Positions 47,733 to 56,622 of a stretch of 64,000 nt of DNA are shown here, in pieces. Made by a program: the position numbers and the translations under genes. The notes beneath the pieces were generated by a model, which was given only the letters and a program-made list of their open reading frames with translations, did not search any database and was not told where the DNA came from. The DNA comes from Nitrospina sp. UBA6727 (lineage in GTDB: Bacteria; Nitrospinota; Nitrospinia; Nitrospinales; VA-1), in the NCBI GenBank assembly GCA_002454045.1, contig DKID01000016.1, forward strand, positions 30,471 to 94,470, given 5' to 3'. The first letter of the stretch is position 1. Each line of letters starts with the position of its first letter.

Positions 47733-49601
47733 TTACATGAACACGACGAACAACAGAATCGTCACGACGCCGACGATCATATTCAAAGCATAGGCGCGCA
47801 CTTTCCCCGATTGCCAAAGGCTGATGCCGTGGCTCACTGCTTTCACTTGCATGCCGACGCGGTCAACGGCAAAATCTATCCCGTCGCGTTCGGCTTTCTG
47901 CTCTAAAAAAGTGGCGATGGCTTTTGTCGGGCGCACGATTAAATAATCATAAATCTCATCCACATAAAATTTGTGGAAGAGGACGTCGTAAATCGGAGCC
48001 AGCAATTCTTTAAAAAATGCCAAGCGGCTTTCGCCCACCATATACAACACGCCCGCCGTCGCGATTCCCCCGATGCCCGCTACCAACGCGATGGTTTCCA
48101 ACGCGCTATCTTGAGGATGGTCGGCGACGTTGCCGAACACCGGCGCCAAAAAACTTTCGACCCACGGTCCCAACGCGCCGCCCAGCAAAGCCAGCGTGGC
48201 CAGAACCAGCAAGGGGATAACCATAATCGCGGGAGACTCGTGCGGGTGCGGCGATGAACTTCGCGGGCTGCCGGCAAAAACGAAAAAATAAACTCGGAAG
48301 ATGTAAAACGCCGTCATGCCCGCCGTCAGTACCGCGACCGTCCAGAAAAAAACATTCCCCATCTCCGCGTAGTAAGAACTTAGGATGATCGCCTCTTTAC
48401 TAAAATAACCGCTGGTCAAAGGAAATCCCGCCAACGCCAACGCGCCGATTAAAAAAGTTGCGTGGGTCAACGGCATAACTTTTTGCAAGCCGCCCATCTT
48501 CCGCAAGTCTTGTTCGCCGTCGAGCGAATGGATGACGCTCCCCGCCGCTAAAAATAGTAGCGCCTTAAAAAATGCGTGCGTCATCAAGTGAAACATTCCC
48601 AAACTATAAACGCCGATGCCCATCGCCAAAAACATATACCCGAGTTGGCTCATGGTGGAATAGGCGATGACGCGCTTGATGTCGTATTGCACCATCGCCA
48701 TCGACCCGGCGAAGACCGCCGTGATGATTCCCACGCCGGCGATGAAGTACATCGTGTAAGGCGCCAACTCGTACAGGACGTGGCAGCGCGCCACTAAATA
48801 AACTCCCGCCGTGACCATCGTCGCGGCGTGAATCAACGCGCTAACGGGGGTCGGGCCTTCCATCGCATCGGGCAACCAAGTGTGCAGGGGAAGTTGCGCC
48901 GACTTTGCGAATGCTCCGACCAGCAGCAACAGGGTGATCAAAAGTGCGGCGTCGTCGTTGGGACGAAACTTGTCCGGGGCGGACGCGAACACGTCGACAA
49001 AATTCAATGTTCCGAACGTCTCGAAAATAACCAGCGCGGCGATGACCATTCCCACATCGCCGATTACGTTCATGACGAAGGCTTTGCGCGCGGCAAGTAC
49101 GGCGCTGGTTTTTTCCCGCCAGAATCCAATCAGTAAATAAGACGCTAAGCCGACCAACGCCCAACCGACAATTAGGAAGAAGAAATCCGCCGCCGCGACC
49201 AACATCAACATCGCGAAAATAAATAAGTTTAGGTAAGCAAAAAATCGCGAGTATTCCGGATCATCGCGCATGTAGCCAACCGAGTAAACGTGGATTACAA
49301 ATCCAACGCCGGTCACAATCATGAACATGAACACCGAAAGTGGATCAACCAAAATTGCTAGGTCTAACTTGAACGACCCCGCCGCCGCCCACTGGTAAAG
49401 GGTCTGAACGTGCCCCACCCTTTCCGCCGCCGGCAAAAATAAAAGTTCGCTCAACGTCACCAGCGTCGCGAAAAAAGATGCCGCGATGGTTCCGCACCCC
49501 GCGAGTCCGACGAAACTTTTGGAAATCCGGTTGCCGTACCAACTCAGCCCAACAAACCCGAGAAGAGGAAACAAAAGCACGAGCCAGCTGCTTACAAACA
49601 A
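47733..49601 (-). CDS. nuoL: NADH-quinone oxidoreductase subunit L
   Basis: 622 aa. WEGVGLASYLLIGFW-like motif (WALVGLASYLLIGFW), AFAKSAQLPLHTWLPDAMEGPTPVSALIHAATMV, and a C-terminal lateral-helix region. Confidence 0.95.
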   Translation of the reverse strand: MFVSSWLVLLFPLLGFVGLSWYGNRISKSFVGLAGCGTIAASFFATLVTLSELLFLPAAERVGHVQTLYQWAAAGSFKLDLAILVDPLSVFMFMIVTGVGFVIHVYSVGYMRDDPEYSRFFAYLNLFIFAMLMLVAAADFFFLIVGWALVGLASYLLIGFWREKTSAVLAARKAFVMNVIGDVGMVIAALVIFETFGTLNFVDVFASAPDKFRPNDDAALLITLLLLVGAFAKSAQLPLHTWLPDAMEGPTPVSALIHAATMVTAGVYLVARCHVLYELAPYTMYFIAGVGIITAVFAGSMAMVQYDIKRVIAYSTMSQLGYMFLAMGIGVYSLGMFHLMTHAFFKALLFLAAGSVIHSLDGEQDLRKMGGLQKVMPLTHATFLIGALALAGFPLTSGYFSKEAIILSSYYAEMGNVFFWTVAVLTAGMTAFYIFRVYFFVFAGSPRSSSPHPHESPAIMVIPLLVLATLALLGGALGPWVESFLAPVFGNVADHPQDSALETIALVAGIGGIATAGVLYMVGESRLAFFKELLAPIYDVLFHKFYVDEIYDYLIVRPTKAIATFLEQKAERDGIDFAVDRVGMQVKAVSHGISLWQSGKVRAYALNMIVGVVTILLFVVFM

Positions 49602-49605
49602 AAGA

Positions 49606-49905
49606 TTATCCTTTCAATGTATCGATATGATCCACGTCCATATCGTGACGAGTGCGGAAGATAGTCAGGATAATCGCCAGCCCGACCACCACTTCCGCCG
49701 CCGCGACGGTCATGATGAACAGGGCGAAAATCTGGCCGTCCAGCGAATTGAGGAAACGGGAATAAGCGACCAAAAGAAAGTTCACCGAATTGAGCATCAA
49801 CTCAATGGACATAAACATGATGAGAGGATTCTTGCGGATGATAAACCCCGCCGTCCCGATGCAGAAAATGGAAGCGCTGATTAGCAAAACAAACTCTTGT
49901 CCCAT
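49606..49905 (-). CDS. nuoK: NADH-quinone oxidoreductase subunit K
   Basis: 99 aa, MGQEFVLLISASIF...SIELMLNSVNFLLVAY...AAAEVVVGLAI. The ORF-track 250-aa version is an upstream extension overlapping nuoJ. Confidence 0.93.
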   Translation of the reverse strand: MGQEFVLLISASIFCIGTAGFIIRKNPLIMFMSIELMLNSVNFLLVAYSRFLNSLDGQIFALFIMTVAAAEVVVGLAIILTIFRTRHDMDVDHIDTLKG

Positions 49906-49907
49906 AA

Positions 49908-50450
49908 TTACCTCGCCCGTTTTTTTATCAGCGTAAAAGAAAATTTCGCCAGACACATCACGCCCACCGCCGCGACTAGCAACAAGACGGAAGCCAACTC
50001 GAACACCACGAGATGTTTCGAAAATAATTCGATGCCGATGGCTTTGGCTGTTCCAAATAACTCGGCGGGAATTTCGCCGCGAACTTGCTGGGTCGGTCCC
50101 ACTGTTGCCAACAAATATAATTCGCCCAGCATGACGAAGACGAAGGCGAAAGCGGCGGCGCGGTGGAACGAGTTTTCCGGCGCTTCTTTTTTTCCGCCGA
50201 GTAGCGCGATGATGAACAAGAACAAAATCATCACTGCTCCGGCGTAAACGATGATCTGGACGACTGCGAGAAACTCTGCGTTGTAAAGAAGAAACAACAG
50301 GGCTAGGCAAATCATGTGGCTGATTAAATACAAGGCGCAGTAAATCGGCGAGGAACATAAGATGACTCCCAGACTGGCGAGGACGGCCGTCACTCCCACC
50401 ACAAAGATTACCGTGTCGTGCGCAAAATCAAATACCGTAGCGATTTCCAA
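49908..50450 (-). CDS. nuoJ: NADH-quinone oxidoreductase subunit J
   Basis: 180 aa. PIYCALYLISHMICLALLFLLYNAEFLAVVQIIVYAGAVMILFLF. TTG start preceded by GGAG. Confidence 0.9.
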   Translation of the reverse strand: MEIATVFDFAHDTVIFVVGVTAVLASLGVILCSSPIYCALYLISHMICLALLFLLYNAEFLAVVQIIVYAGAVMILFLFIIALLGGKKEAPENSFHRAAAFAFVFVMLGELYLLATVGPTQQVRGEIPAELFGTAKAIGIELFSKHLVVFELASVLLLVAAVGVMCLAKFSFTLIKKRAR

Positions 50451-50576
50451 AACAAACTCACTCCAAAAAAAGAACGACCGCGGCGGGCGGCGGCGCGTTG
50501 TCGATGTCGCGCTCGCAGGTAATGACCGCAGCGGCGCGGCGGGCGGCGAGTTGCGCGGCGAAGGTTTGCGTCGCGG
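50451..50576. repeat. 126-nt G+C-rich intercistronic spacer between nuoI and nuoJ with an internal direct repeat
   Basis: CGGCGGGCGGCG occurs at 50481-50492 and 50537-50548. The flanking words gcgcggcg, tcgcggtcac and aatgaccgc are related to the G+C-rich dispersed family. Confidence 0.6.
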
Positions 50577-51074
50577 TCACGCCGGCTCGATCCGTTTCGT
50601 ATTGCCTAAAATGTTGACGCGAAACTGATTCGGTTGCGGATAAACCAAAAGATCCTCTTTCTCCATGATGTAATTGTCGCGGTCATAATCTGCTAATTCA
50701 TAATGTTCGCGCAGGACGATGGCGTCCACCGGGCAAGCCTCTTCGCAATATCCGCAGTAGATGCAACGCAAAAGGTTGATCTCATAAACCTCGGCGTATC
50801 GCTCGCCTTTGGAAACCGGATTCGCCGGGTCGTTCTCCGCCGACACAACGTGAATGCACCCGACCGGACAGTTGATGGAACACAACGAGCATCCCACGCA
50901 TTGTTCCAATCCGTCTTCGTCGCGGTTTAGAAAATGTCGGCCGCGGTAACGCTCGGGCATGGTGCGCTTGACTTCGGGATACTGTATGGTGATCGGCGTT
51001 CGCAACATGTTGCGGAACGTGACGCCCATTCCAATCAAAAGATTTTTCAATCCGTGAATAGTTGTTCGTAGCAT
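50577..51074 (-). CDS. nuoI: NADH-quinone oxidoreductase subunit I
   Basis: Two 4Fe-4S ferredoxin motifs, CVGCSLCSINCP and CIYCGYCEEACP. Confidence 0.96.
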   Translation of the reverse strand: MLRTTIHGLKNLLIGMGVTFRNMLRTPITIQYPEVKRTMPERYRGRHFLNRDEDGLEQCVGCSLCSINCPVGCIHVVSAENDPANPVSKGERYAEVYEINLLRCIYCGYCEEACPVDAIVLREHYELADYDRDNYIMEKEDLLVYPQPNQFRVNILGNTKRIEPA

Positions 51075-51096
51075 GATGGCTTGTCCCGTCGGAAAA

Positions 51097-52134
51097 TTAG
51101 ATCACTTTCAACGCGCTGGTGATCAAAAGATTTAAGAAGCATAGCGGCAACAAAACTTTCCAGCCGAACGTCATCAATCGGTCGTAACGAATACGGGGAA
51201 ACGTTGACCTCAGCCAGATGAACACGCACAACAGAAAACCAACTTTGAGGGCGAACGCTACGATTGGCCAAACGGGCACGCCGTAAGCGTTCCATCCGCC
51301 GAGAAATAAAAGTGTCACCAAAGCGCTCATGGTCACCATGTTGATGTACTCCCCCATGAAAAACATGGCAAACTTCATGCCCGTATATTCCGTGTGAAAA
51401 CCGGCGACCAGTTCCTGCTCCGCTTCGGGCAGATCAAAAGGGGCGCGGTTGGTCTCCGCAACGCCGGCAATATAAAATAGAAAAAACGCCAGCGGTTGAA
51501 TGAGAATGAACGGCACCGTTTCCTGGGCTTTGACCATGTCCGTAAGGTTCAGGGAACCGGTGAGCACGATGATGCTCAGCGCCGAAAGTCCCAACGTCAA
51601 TTCATAACTGATCATCTGGGCGGAGGCACGCAACCCGCCCATCAGCGAATATTTATTATTGGACGCTAGCCCGGCGAGCACCATTCCGTAAATGCCCATC
51701 CCCGAAATCGCGAACACAAATAAAATTCCGCTGTTCACGTTGGCTCCCCACATCTCGATGCTCTGACCGAACGCCTCAAACGGCGCGCCGAAAGGGATGA
51801 CCGCAAACCCGACAATCGCCGTGAACACGACAATCGCCGGCGCAAGGTGAAATAAAAATTTGTCCGCCGAACTCTGAATGATGGATTCCTTGAACAACAA
51901 CTTCACCGTGTCGGCAAGCGGTTGCGCTAAACCCAGCGGCCCGACTCGGTTTGGCCCAAGACGAACTTGGAAGCGACCCATCAAGCGCCGTTCCAACCAG
52001 ACCAACATGGGAACCGTTGCCATGATCGCCACCGCGATGACCACGGCCTTCACGCTTCCCACGATTAGCGGAACGTTTTCGCTCAGGAACAGAACGGTAA
52101 ATTTCCAGATTTGATTTAACGTTTCAGTTGCCAT
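51097..52134 (-). CDS. nuoH: NADH-quinone oxidoreductase subunit H
   Basis: WLERRLMGRFQVRLGPNRVGP.GL.QPLAD, AETNRAPFDLPEAEQELVAGFHTEY. Confidence 0.96.
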   Translation of the reverse strand: MATETLNQIWKFTVLFLSENVPLIVGSVKAVVIAVAIMATVPMLVWLERRLMGRFQVRLGPNRVGPLGLAQPLADTVKLLFKESIIQSSADKFLFHLAPAIVVFTAIVGFAVIPFGAPFEAFGQSIEMWGANVNSGILFVFAISGMGIYGMVLAGLASNNKYSLMGGLRASAQMISYELTLGLSALSIIVLTGSLNLTDMVKAQETVPFILIQPLAFFLFYIAGVAETNRAPFDLPEAEQELVAGFHTEYTGMKFAMFFMGEYINMVTMSALVTLLFLGGWNAYGVPVWPIVAFALKVGFLLCVFIWLRSTFPRIRYDRLMTFGWKVLLPLCFLNLLITSALKVI

Positions 52135-52150
52135 TCCAAACCGTGGTCAC

Positions 52151-52202
52151 TCCAAAAAAATTTTATCGTTGCGCAAATTACCGTTGCGCGAAAAACCCAA
52201 CG
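52151..52202. repeat. Three A/T-core units in the 68-nt nuoG-nuoH spacer
   Basis: tccaaaaaaattttatcgtt / gcgcaaattaccgtt / gcgcgaaaaacccaac. Confidence 0.5.
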
Positions 52203-54725
52203 CTAAACTTTGCTGACCTTCACCCACGCCGCGCCGCCGTCGGCATCGATCAAGCCGTTTGCGCCTTGCTCGTCCGAAACTCGAGGCACCACGACGCCGC
52301 CGGATTGACAACGGTTGTCAACCTTGGCGACGGCTTCCACGTTGACGCTGGCGGCGGAAAGCACAATCGCGTCGCCGTCGCGGACACCGAGCCTTTGCGC
52401 GTCCTCTTCATTCAAGTGCGCGGTGGAAGGCTGGAAGTGATGCGCCAGTTTTGAGGAAGCGTCCAGAATTTTGTCGTGCGCAAACAGAAGTGTCGCGACG
52501 CGAAGTCGGAGGCCGCCGTCTTTCTTCGTCGCCTGAATCGGCGTATCAGAAACTGGTTCATCGGCAGAAACTACGCGGTCGCGGTCGCACCCGGTTTTGC
52601 TCACCGACTTTTTGCTGATTCCTTGATAGCCCGGAACTCGGCGGGCGATTTCTTCGGTCACGTCCGAAACTTTGCGGTAGTCGGTTTCATCCCCCAACGC
52701 GTTGAGCATCAGGCTGATAATTTTCCAGTCCGGCGCGCGCGTGGTTGCCAACGCTTTTTTTCTCGCTTGCACTCTGCCGCCAATGTTGGTGGTGGTTCCT
52801 TCGTCGTAACCCGGACCGTTGGAAGGCAGGACGAGATGCGCCAGTTTGGTCGTCTCGGTTTCTAGCATGTCGTGCGCGACGAAAAGATCGAGTTTCCGCA
52901 AAGCGTCCGCGACCTGCGACCCGCCGGGAAAATCCAAAACCGGATTCGCGCGGTGCACCAGCAGAGCTTTCAGTTGCCCCGTTTTGGCGCGGGCGATCAT
53001 CTCCAACGCGGACAAGCCGATTGCGGTCGGCGCGTTTTCTCCCCATTGTTTTTTTATTTCCTCTTGCTCTGACATCGCCACGCCGCCCGGATAAAAATCG
53101 GGAAGCAATCCCATATCCATCGCGCCCACTGCGTTGGTCATCGGCGCCGCGGGCATGGCGCCGCATTCTATGGTCGGAATTTTCGCGATCATTTTCAGCA
53201 AGCGTTTGACTCCCGCAACCGCTGCTTTGGAAAGGGCGGATGGATTGTACACCACGCAAATTTTCATGCTGGTGCGCACCGTCTCGACCAAAGACTTTAT
53301 GTCTTGCGCAGAAATTCCGGTTGCGTTGGCGTCATCGACGGGAACCGATTCCCCCAGTTCCCGCGCGAGATTGGCGGTCACGGCGTCGATCGCCGCAGCG
53401 TCGTAGCCCACTTTGTATTGCGCCGACTGCGAGGAGTAGCGGTCGAGCGCGATTTTTTGGTCGTTCAAAATTACCAACCGCGTTGCGCGCGTGGTCACCG
53501 CTTTTTTAATGCGAAGGTCGAGGATGGGTAATTCTTCCGTCGGGTCGCTGGCAATCAACAACACCACGTTGGAGGTTTCAATTTGCTCGAATCCGTAATG
53601 GTTGACGGGAAGGCCGGGGGTGTCGTGATACGGTTTGTGGTCTATGTTGTTGGAGCCGAAGCCGTGGCGGAATAATTTTTGGTAAAGATAATTTTCCTCG
53701 TTGGTGCCGTAGGGAGAGCCGATGAACCCGATGCTTTGCGCGCCGTGTTCGGCGACGATTTTTTTGAATGCTTCCGCAATTTTGCGCGCCGCATTTTCGG
53801 TGGTGCAATTATCGGGGAATGTCGGAAGGGAAACCGTCTTCGCGCCCGCCGCGTTATTTTCCCGCAGCGAATTATTTTCCCGCGGCGCGGAAATTTTATT
53901 TTTGCTATGCACAAAGTGATGTCCCCACCGCGCCTTGTCGCAAATCCAGCCGTCGTCCACTGCGTCGTTGGGGCGCGCCTCGATGCGCATGAGTTCGTTG
54001 AGACGGGTCGCCATCGTGATGTTGCAGTTGCACCCGCAATGGGCGCAAAGCGTTGCCGTGTTGGTCAAGTCCCAAGTCCTGGCTTTGAATCGGAAGTCCG
54101 TGTTCGTCAACGCGCCGACGGGACAAATGTCGATGACGTTTCCGGAGAAGCGGGTGTCGTAAGGTTCGCCGTTGAAGGTGCCGACGGCGTTATGAAAACC
54201 GCGGTTCAGCATGACCAGCGCGCTGTCTTGCTCAATCCGTTCGCTGTAAGCGGTGCACCGTTGACAGGCGATGCAACGTTCGCGGTCGATGGTGATGACC
54301 GGACTAAGCGGCGCCGCTTTGGTATCGTTGTGCCGATGAAATTCCATGCGGGTGTCGGGGGGACCGTGCTTGAACGTGTTGTCCTGCAAAGGACATTCGC
54401 CGCCTTTGTCGCAGACGGGACAGTCGAGGGGATGGTTGAGCAAGGTGAGTTCCAAAACTCCGCGCTGCGCTTTTTCCACTTTGTCGGTGGTGGTTTTGAC
54501 GACCATGTCCGCCGTCGCATCCAGCGTGCAAGCGGTCATCAGTTTCGGAATTTTTTCGACTTCGACCAAGCACATTCTGCAACAACCCAGCGGGCCGATC
54601 TTCTCGTGATAGCAGAAGATGGGGATGTCCACGTTGACCCGCCGCGCCGCGTCCACCACCTTGGTGCCTTTGGGAACCGTCACCGATTTTCCATCAATCG
54701 TCAAAGTTACTTCATCGTCGGACAT
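52203..54725 (-). CDS. nuoG: NADH-quinone oxidoreductase subunit G (840 aa)
   Basis: 2Fe-2S CYHEKIGPLGCCRMC, HPLDCPVCDKGGEC, CIACQRCTAY, and the molybdopterin-like domain. It contains an in-frame repeat-encoded segment APRENNSLRENNAAGAK. Confidence 0.95.
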   Translation of the reverse strand: MSDDEVTLTIDGKSVTVPKGTKVVDAARRVNVDIPIFCYHEKIGPLGCCRMCLVEVEKIPKLMTACTLDATADMVVKTTTDKVEKAQRGVLELTLLNHPLDCPVCDKGGECPLQDNTFKHGPPDTRMEFHRHNDTKAAPLSPVITIDRERCIACQRCTAYSERIEQDSALVMLNRGFHNAVGTFNGEPYDTRFSGNVIDICPVGALTNTDFRFKARTWDLTNTATLCAHCGCNCNITMATRLNELMRIEARPNDAVDDGWICDKARWGHHFVHSKNKISAPRENNSLRENNAAGAKTVSLPTFPDNCTTENAARKIAEAFKKIVAEHGAQSIGFIGSPYGTNEENYLYQKLFRHGFGSNNIDHKPYHDTPGLPVNHYGFEQIETSNVVLLIASDPTEELPILDLRIKKAVTTRATRLVILNDQKIALDRYSSQSAQYKVGYDAAAIDAVTANLARELGESVPVDDANATGISAQDIKSLVETVRTSMKICVVYNPSALSKAAVAGVKRLLKMIAKIPTIECGAMPAAPMTNAVGAMDMGLLPDFYPGGVAMSEQEEIKKQWGENAPTAIGLSALEMIARAKTGQLKALLVHRANPVLDFPGGSQVADALRKLDLFVAHDMLETETTKLAHLVLPSNGPGYDEGTTTNIGGRVQARKKALATTRAPDWKIISLMLNALGDETDYRKVSDVTEEIARRVPGYQGISKKSVSKTGCDRDRVVSADEPVSDTPIQATKKDGGLRLRVATLLFAHDKILDASSKLAHHFQPSTAHLNEEDAQRLGVRDGDAIVLSAASVNVEAVAKVDNRCQSGGVVVPRVSDEQGANGLIDADGGAAWVKVSKV
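53848..53905. repeat. In-frame 18-bp tandem repeat (TTATTTTCCCG core) inside nuoG
   Basis: ttattttcccg occurs at 53854-53864 and 53872-53882, with a third degenerate unit gcgcggaaattttatttttgc at 53885-53905. Its composition matches the intercistronic A/T-core family. Confidence 0.7.
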
Positions 54726-54732
54726 AATTTCC

Positions 54733-55989
54733 TCAAGCTAAACTTGTCGATACGTTCGTAAAATATTTTTCGTAGTCGGCGCGGAAATACTTGATGCTGC
54801 TCACGACGGGGGACACGCAAGCGTCGGCGAGCGGACAAAACGTGTTCGTCGCCATGGTGTCGCAAATGTCTTCCATCTTTTCGATGTGTTCCAGTTGCCC
54901 CGCGTTCTGCATAATCTGCTCGACAATTTGGTAAAGCCATCGGGTACCTTCGCGGCAGGGCGTACATTTTCCGCAAGACTCGCGCATATAAAAACTGATC
55001 AACCGCAACGTGGTTTCGACGATGTTGACGCTGTCGTCGATGACAATCATCGCGCCGGAACCCAGCATCGTCCCAGCGGCGGCTAACGATTCGTAATCGT
55101 AAAGGACGTCAACCTGATCGGCGGGGAGCATGGGCACCGATGAGCCGCCGGGGATGAACGCTTTCAGTTTGTTGTCGTCGCGGATTCCGCCGGCGAGGTC
55201 GTAAATAATTTCCCGCACCGGCGTGCCGAGTACCACTTCGTAGTTCGCGGGTTTTTTCACGTGCCCAGAAACGCTGACCAGTTTGGTGCCTGCGCTTTTT
55301 TTGGTTCCGATGGACGCATATTTTTCGGCGCCTTCGTTGACGATGTAAGGAACCACGCACAAGGTTTCGACATTGTTGACGATGGTCGGTTGCGCATACA
55401 AACCTTCAACGGCGGGGAAAGGCGGTTTCATCCGCGGCTCTCCGCGCTCGCCTTCCAAAGAATTGAGGAGCGCCGACTCCTCGCCGCAAATATAAGCGCC
55501 GGCGCCGAGGTGCGTGTGAAGATCGAAATTGAATCCGCCGCCGAAAATATTTTCGCCGAGATATCCTTTGGCGTAAGCGTCTGCTATGGCTTGCTCCATG
55601 ATGACGCTCAGGTCGTGGAACTCGCCGCGCAAATAAATGTATCCGGTTTCAATCCGACAAGCGTAGGCGCAAAGGATCATCCCTTCAATCAACAGGTGCG
55701 GATTTTTCAGCAGGAGTTCGCGGTCTTTGCAGGTTCCCGGTTCCGACTCGTCGGCGTTGCAACAGAGGTAACGGGGGAACACATCTTTGGCGAGGAAACT
55801 CCATTTTAGTCCCGTCGGGAAACCGGCGCCGCCGCGCCCGCGCAGGCCGGAAGTCTTGACCGCCGCGACGATTTCTTCCGGTTGCATGGCGAAGGCTTTT
55901 TTCAGGGAACGGTAGCCGCCTTGCGCTTCGTAAACCTTCATCGTGTGAAGGTCTGCCGTGTTTATGTTTTTGAAAAGAATCTGCGTCAT
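54733..55989 (-). CDS. nuoF: NADH-quinone oxidoreductase subunit F
   Basis: GLRGRGGAGFPTG, YLCCNADESEPGTCKDR, ESCGKCTPCREG. Confidence 0.97.
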   Translation of the reverse strand: MTQILFKNINTADLHTMKVYEAQGGYRSLKKAFAMQPEEIVAAVKTSGLRGRGGAGFPTGLKWSFLAKDVFPRYLCCNADESEPGTCKDRELLLKNPHLLIEGMILCAYACRIETGYIYLRGEFHDLSVIMEQAIADAYAKGYLGENIFGGGFNFDLHTHLGAGAYICGEESALLNSLEGERGEPRMKPPFPAVEGLYAQPTIVNNVETLCVVPYIVNEGAEKYASIGTKKSAGTKLVSVSGHVKKPANYEVVLGTPVREIIYDLAGGIRDDNKLKAFIPGGSSVPMLPADQVDVLYDYESLAAAGTMLGSGAMIVIDDSVNIVETTLRLISFYMRESCGKCTPCREGTRWLYQIVEQIMQNAGQLEHIEKMEDICDTMATNTFCPLADACVSPVVSSIKYFRADYEKYFTNVSTSLA

Positions 55990-55992
55990 CGG

Positions 55993-56469
55993 TCAATCCA
56001 AAGAATTGAGAACATCGTCGATGCGTTGCTCGGTCAACGCGCCGTAATAAATATCGTTGACCCGCATCATCGGTGCTTCCGTGCAAGCCGCCAAACATTC
56101 TTCCCGATGCAGGGTGAACTTCCCGTCCGGCGTCGTCTCCCCCACCGTGATGCCAAGTTTTCCCGCCGTGTATTCCAGTAGTTTGTCGCAACCGTTCAAC
56201 TGGCAACTGATGTTGATGCAGAACAGGATCATATACTTCCCCACTTTTTCGGCGTGATACATTGTGTAAAACGACATGACCGACTGCACGTAAGCGGGCG
56301 AGCAATCCAACTTTTTGCTGATCGCCACCATCGCCGCGGGGGAAACTTCGCGCTCGGCGCGTTGCACCAAAGTCAGCAACGGCAACATCGCCGACTTTTT
56401 GAATGGATACTTGGCGACGATGCGCGTGATTTCTTTTTCCTGCTCGTCGGAAAATGTGAACCCTGACAT
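55993..56469 (-). CDS. nuoE: NADH-quinone oxidoreductase subunit E
   Basis: KYPFKKSAMLPLL, CINISCQLNG, EECLAACTEAP. I prefer ATG 56469 over the TTG at 56475. Confidence 0.95.
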   Translation of the reverse strand: MSGFTFSDEQEKEITRIVAKYPFKKSAMLPLLTLVQRAEREVSPAAMVAISKKLDCSPAYVQSVMSFYTMYHAEKVGKYMILFCINISCQLNGCDKLLEYTAGKLGITVGETTPDGKFTLHREECLAACTEAPMMRVNDIYYGALTEQRIDDVLNSLD

Positions 56470-56470
56470 T

Positions 56471-56622
56471 TGCAAATTTCCCCCCGCAAAAATTTTTCTC
56501 GCCGCAGAAATTCCCCGCTGTAAAAATTTTCTCCCCGCCGTAAAAATTTCCGCCGTAAAAGTTTTCTCGCCGCAGAAATTTCCGGCGCAAGATTTTTCCC
56601 CAGCGCAAAAAGTTTTCTCGTT
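56471..56622. repeat. Nine head-to-tail A/T-core, GC-flanked units (15-21 bp) filling the nuoD-nuoE intercistronic spacer
   Basis: tgcaaatttcccccc / gcaaaaatttttctcgcc / gcagaaattccccgc / tgtaaaaattttctccccgcc / gtaaaaatttccgcc / gtaaaagttttctcgcc / gcagaaatttccggc / gcaagatttttcccca / gcgcaaaaagttttctcgtt. Confidence 0.85.

Noticed and set aside
49906-50358. N-terminal 150 aa of the 250-aa ORF-track version of nuoK
   Set aside because: This upstream in-frame extension overlaps nuoJ. The real NuoK (99 aa) starts at ATG 49905, 2 nt after the nuoJ stop.
53679-54761. 360-aa plus-strand ORF
   Set aside because: It is entirely antisense to nuoG. It has an Arg/Gly/Val-rich shadow-frame composition and no recognisable motifs, whereas nuoG on the minus strand carries all its Fe-S motifs.
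55685-56608. 307-aa minus-strand ORF
   Set aside because: It starts inside the tandem array (translated as NFYGG/NFCGE repeats). It then runs out of frame through nuoE and into nuoF, so it is an artefact.
56471-56622. Possible CRISPR array, given the regular short repeats
   Set aside because: The units are contiguous with no unique spacers, are only 15-21 bp and degenerate, lie inside an operon, and no cas genes are present.
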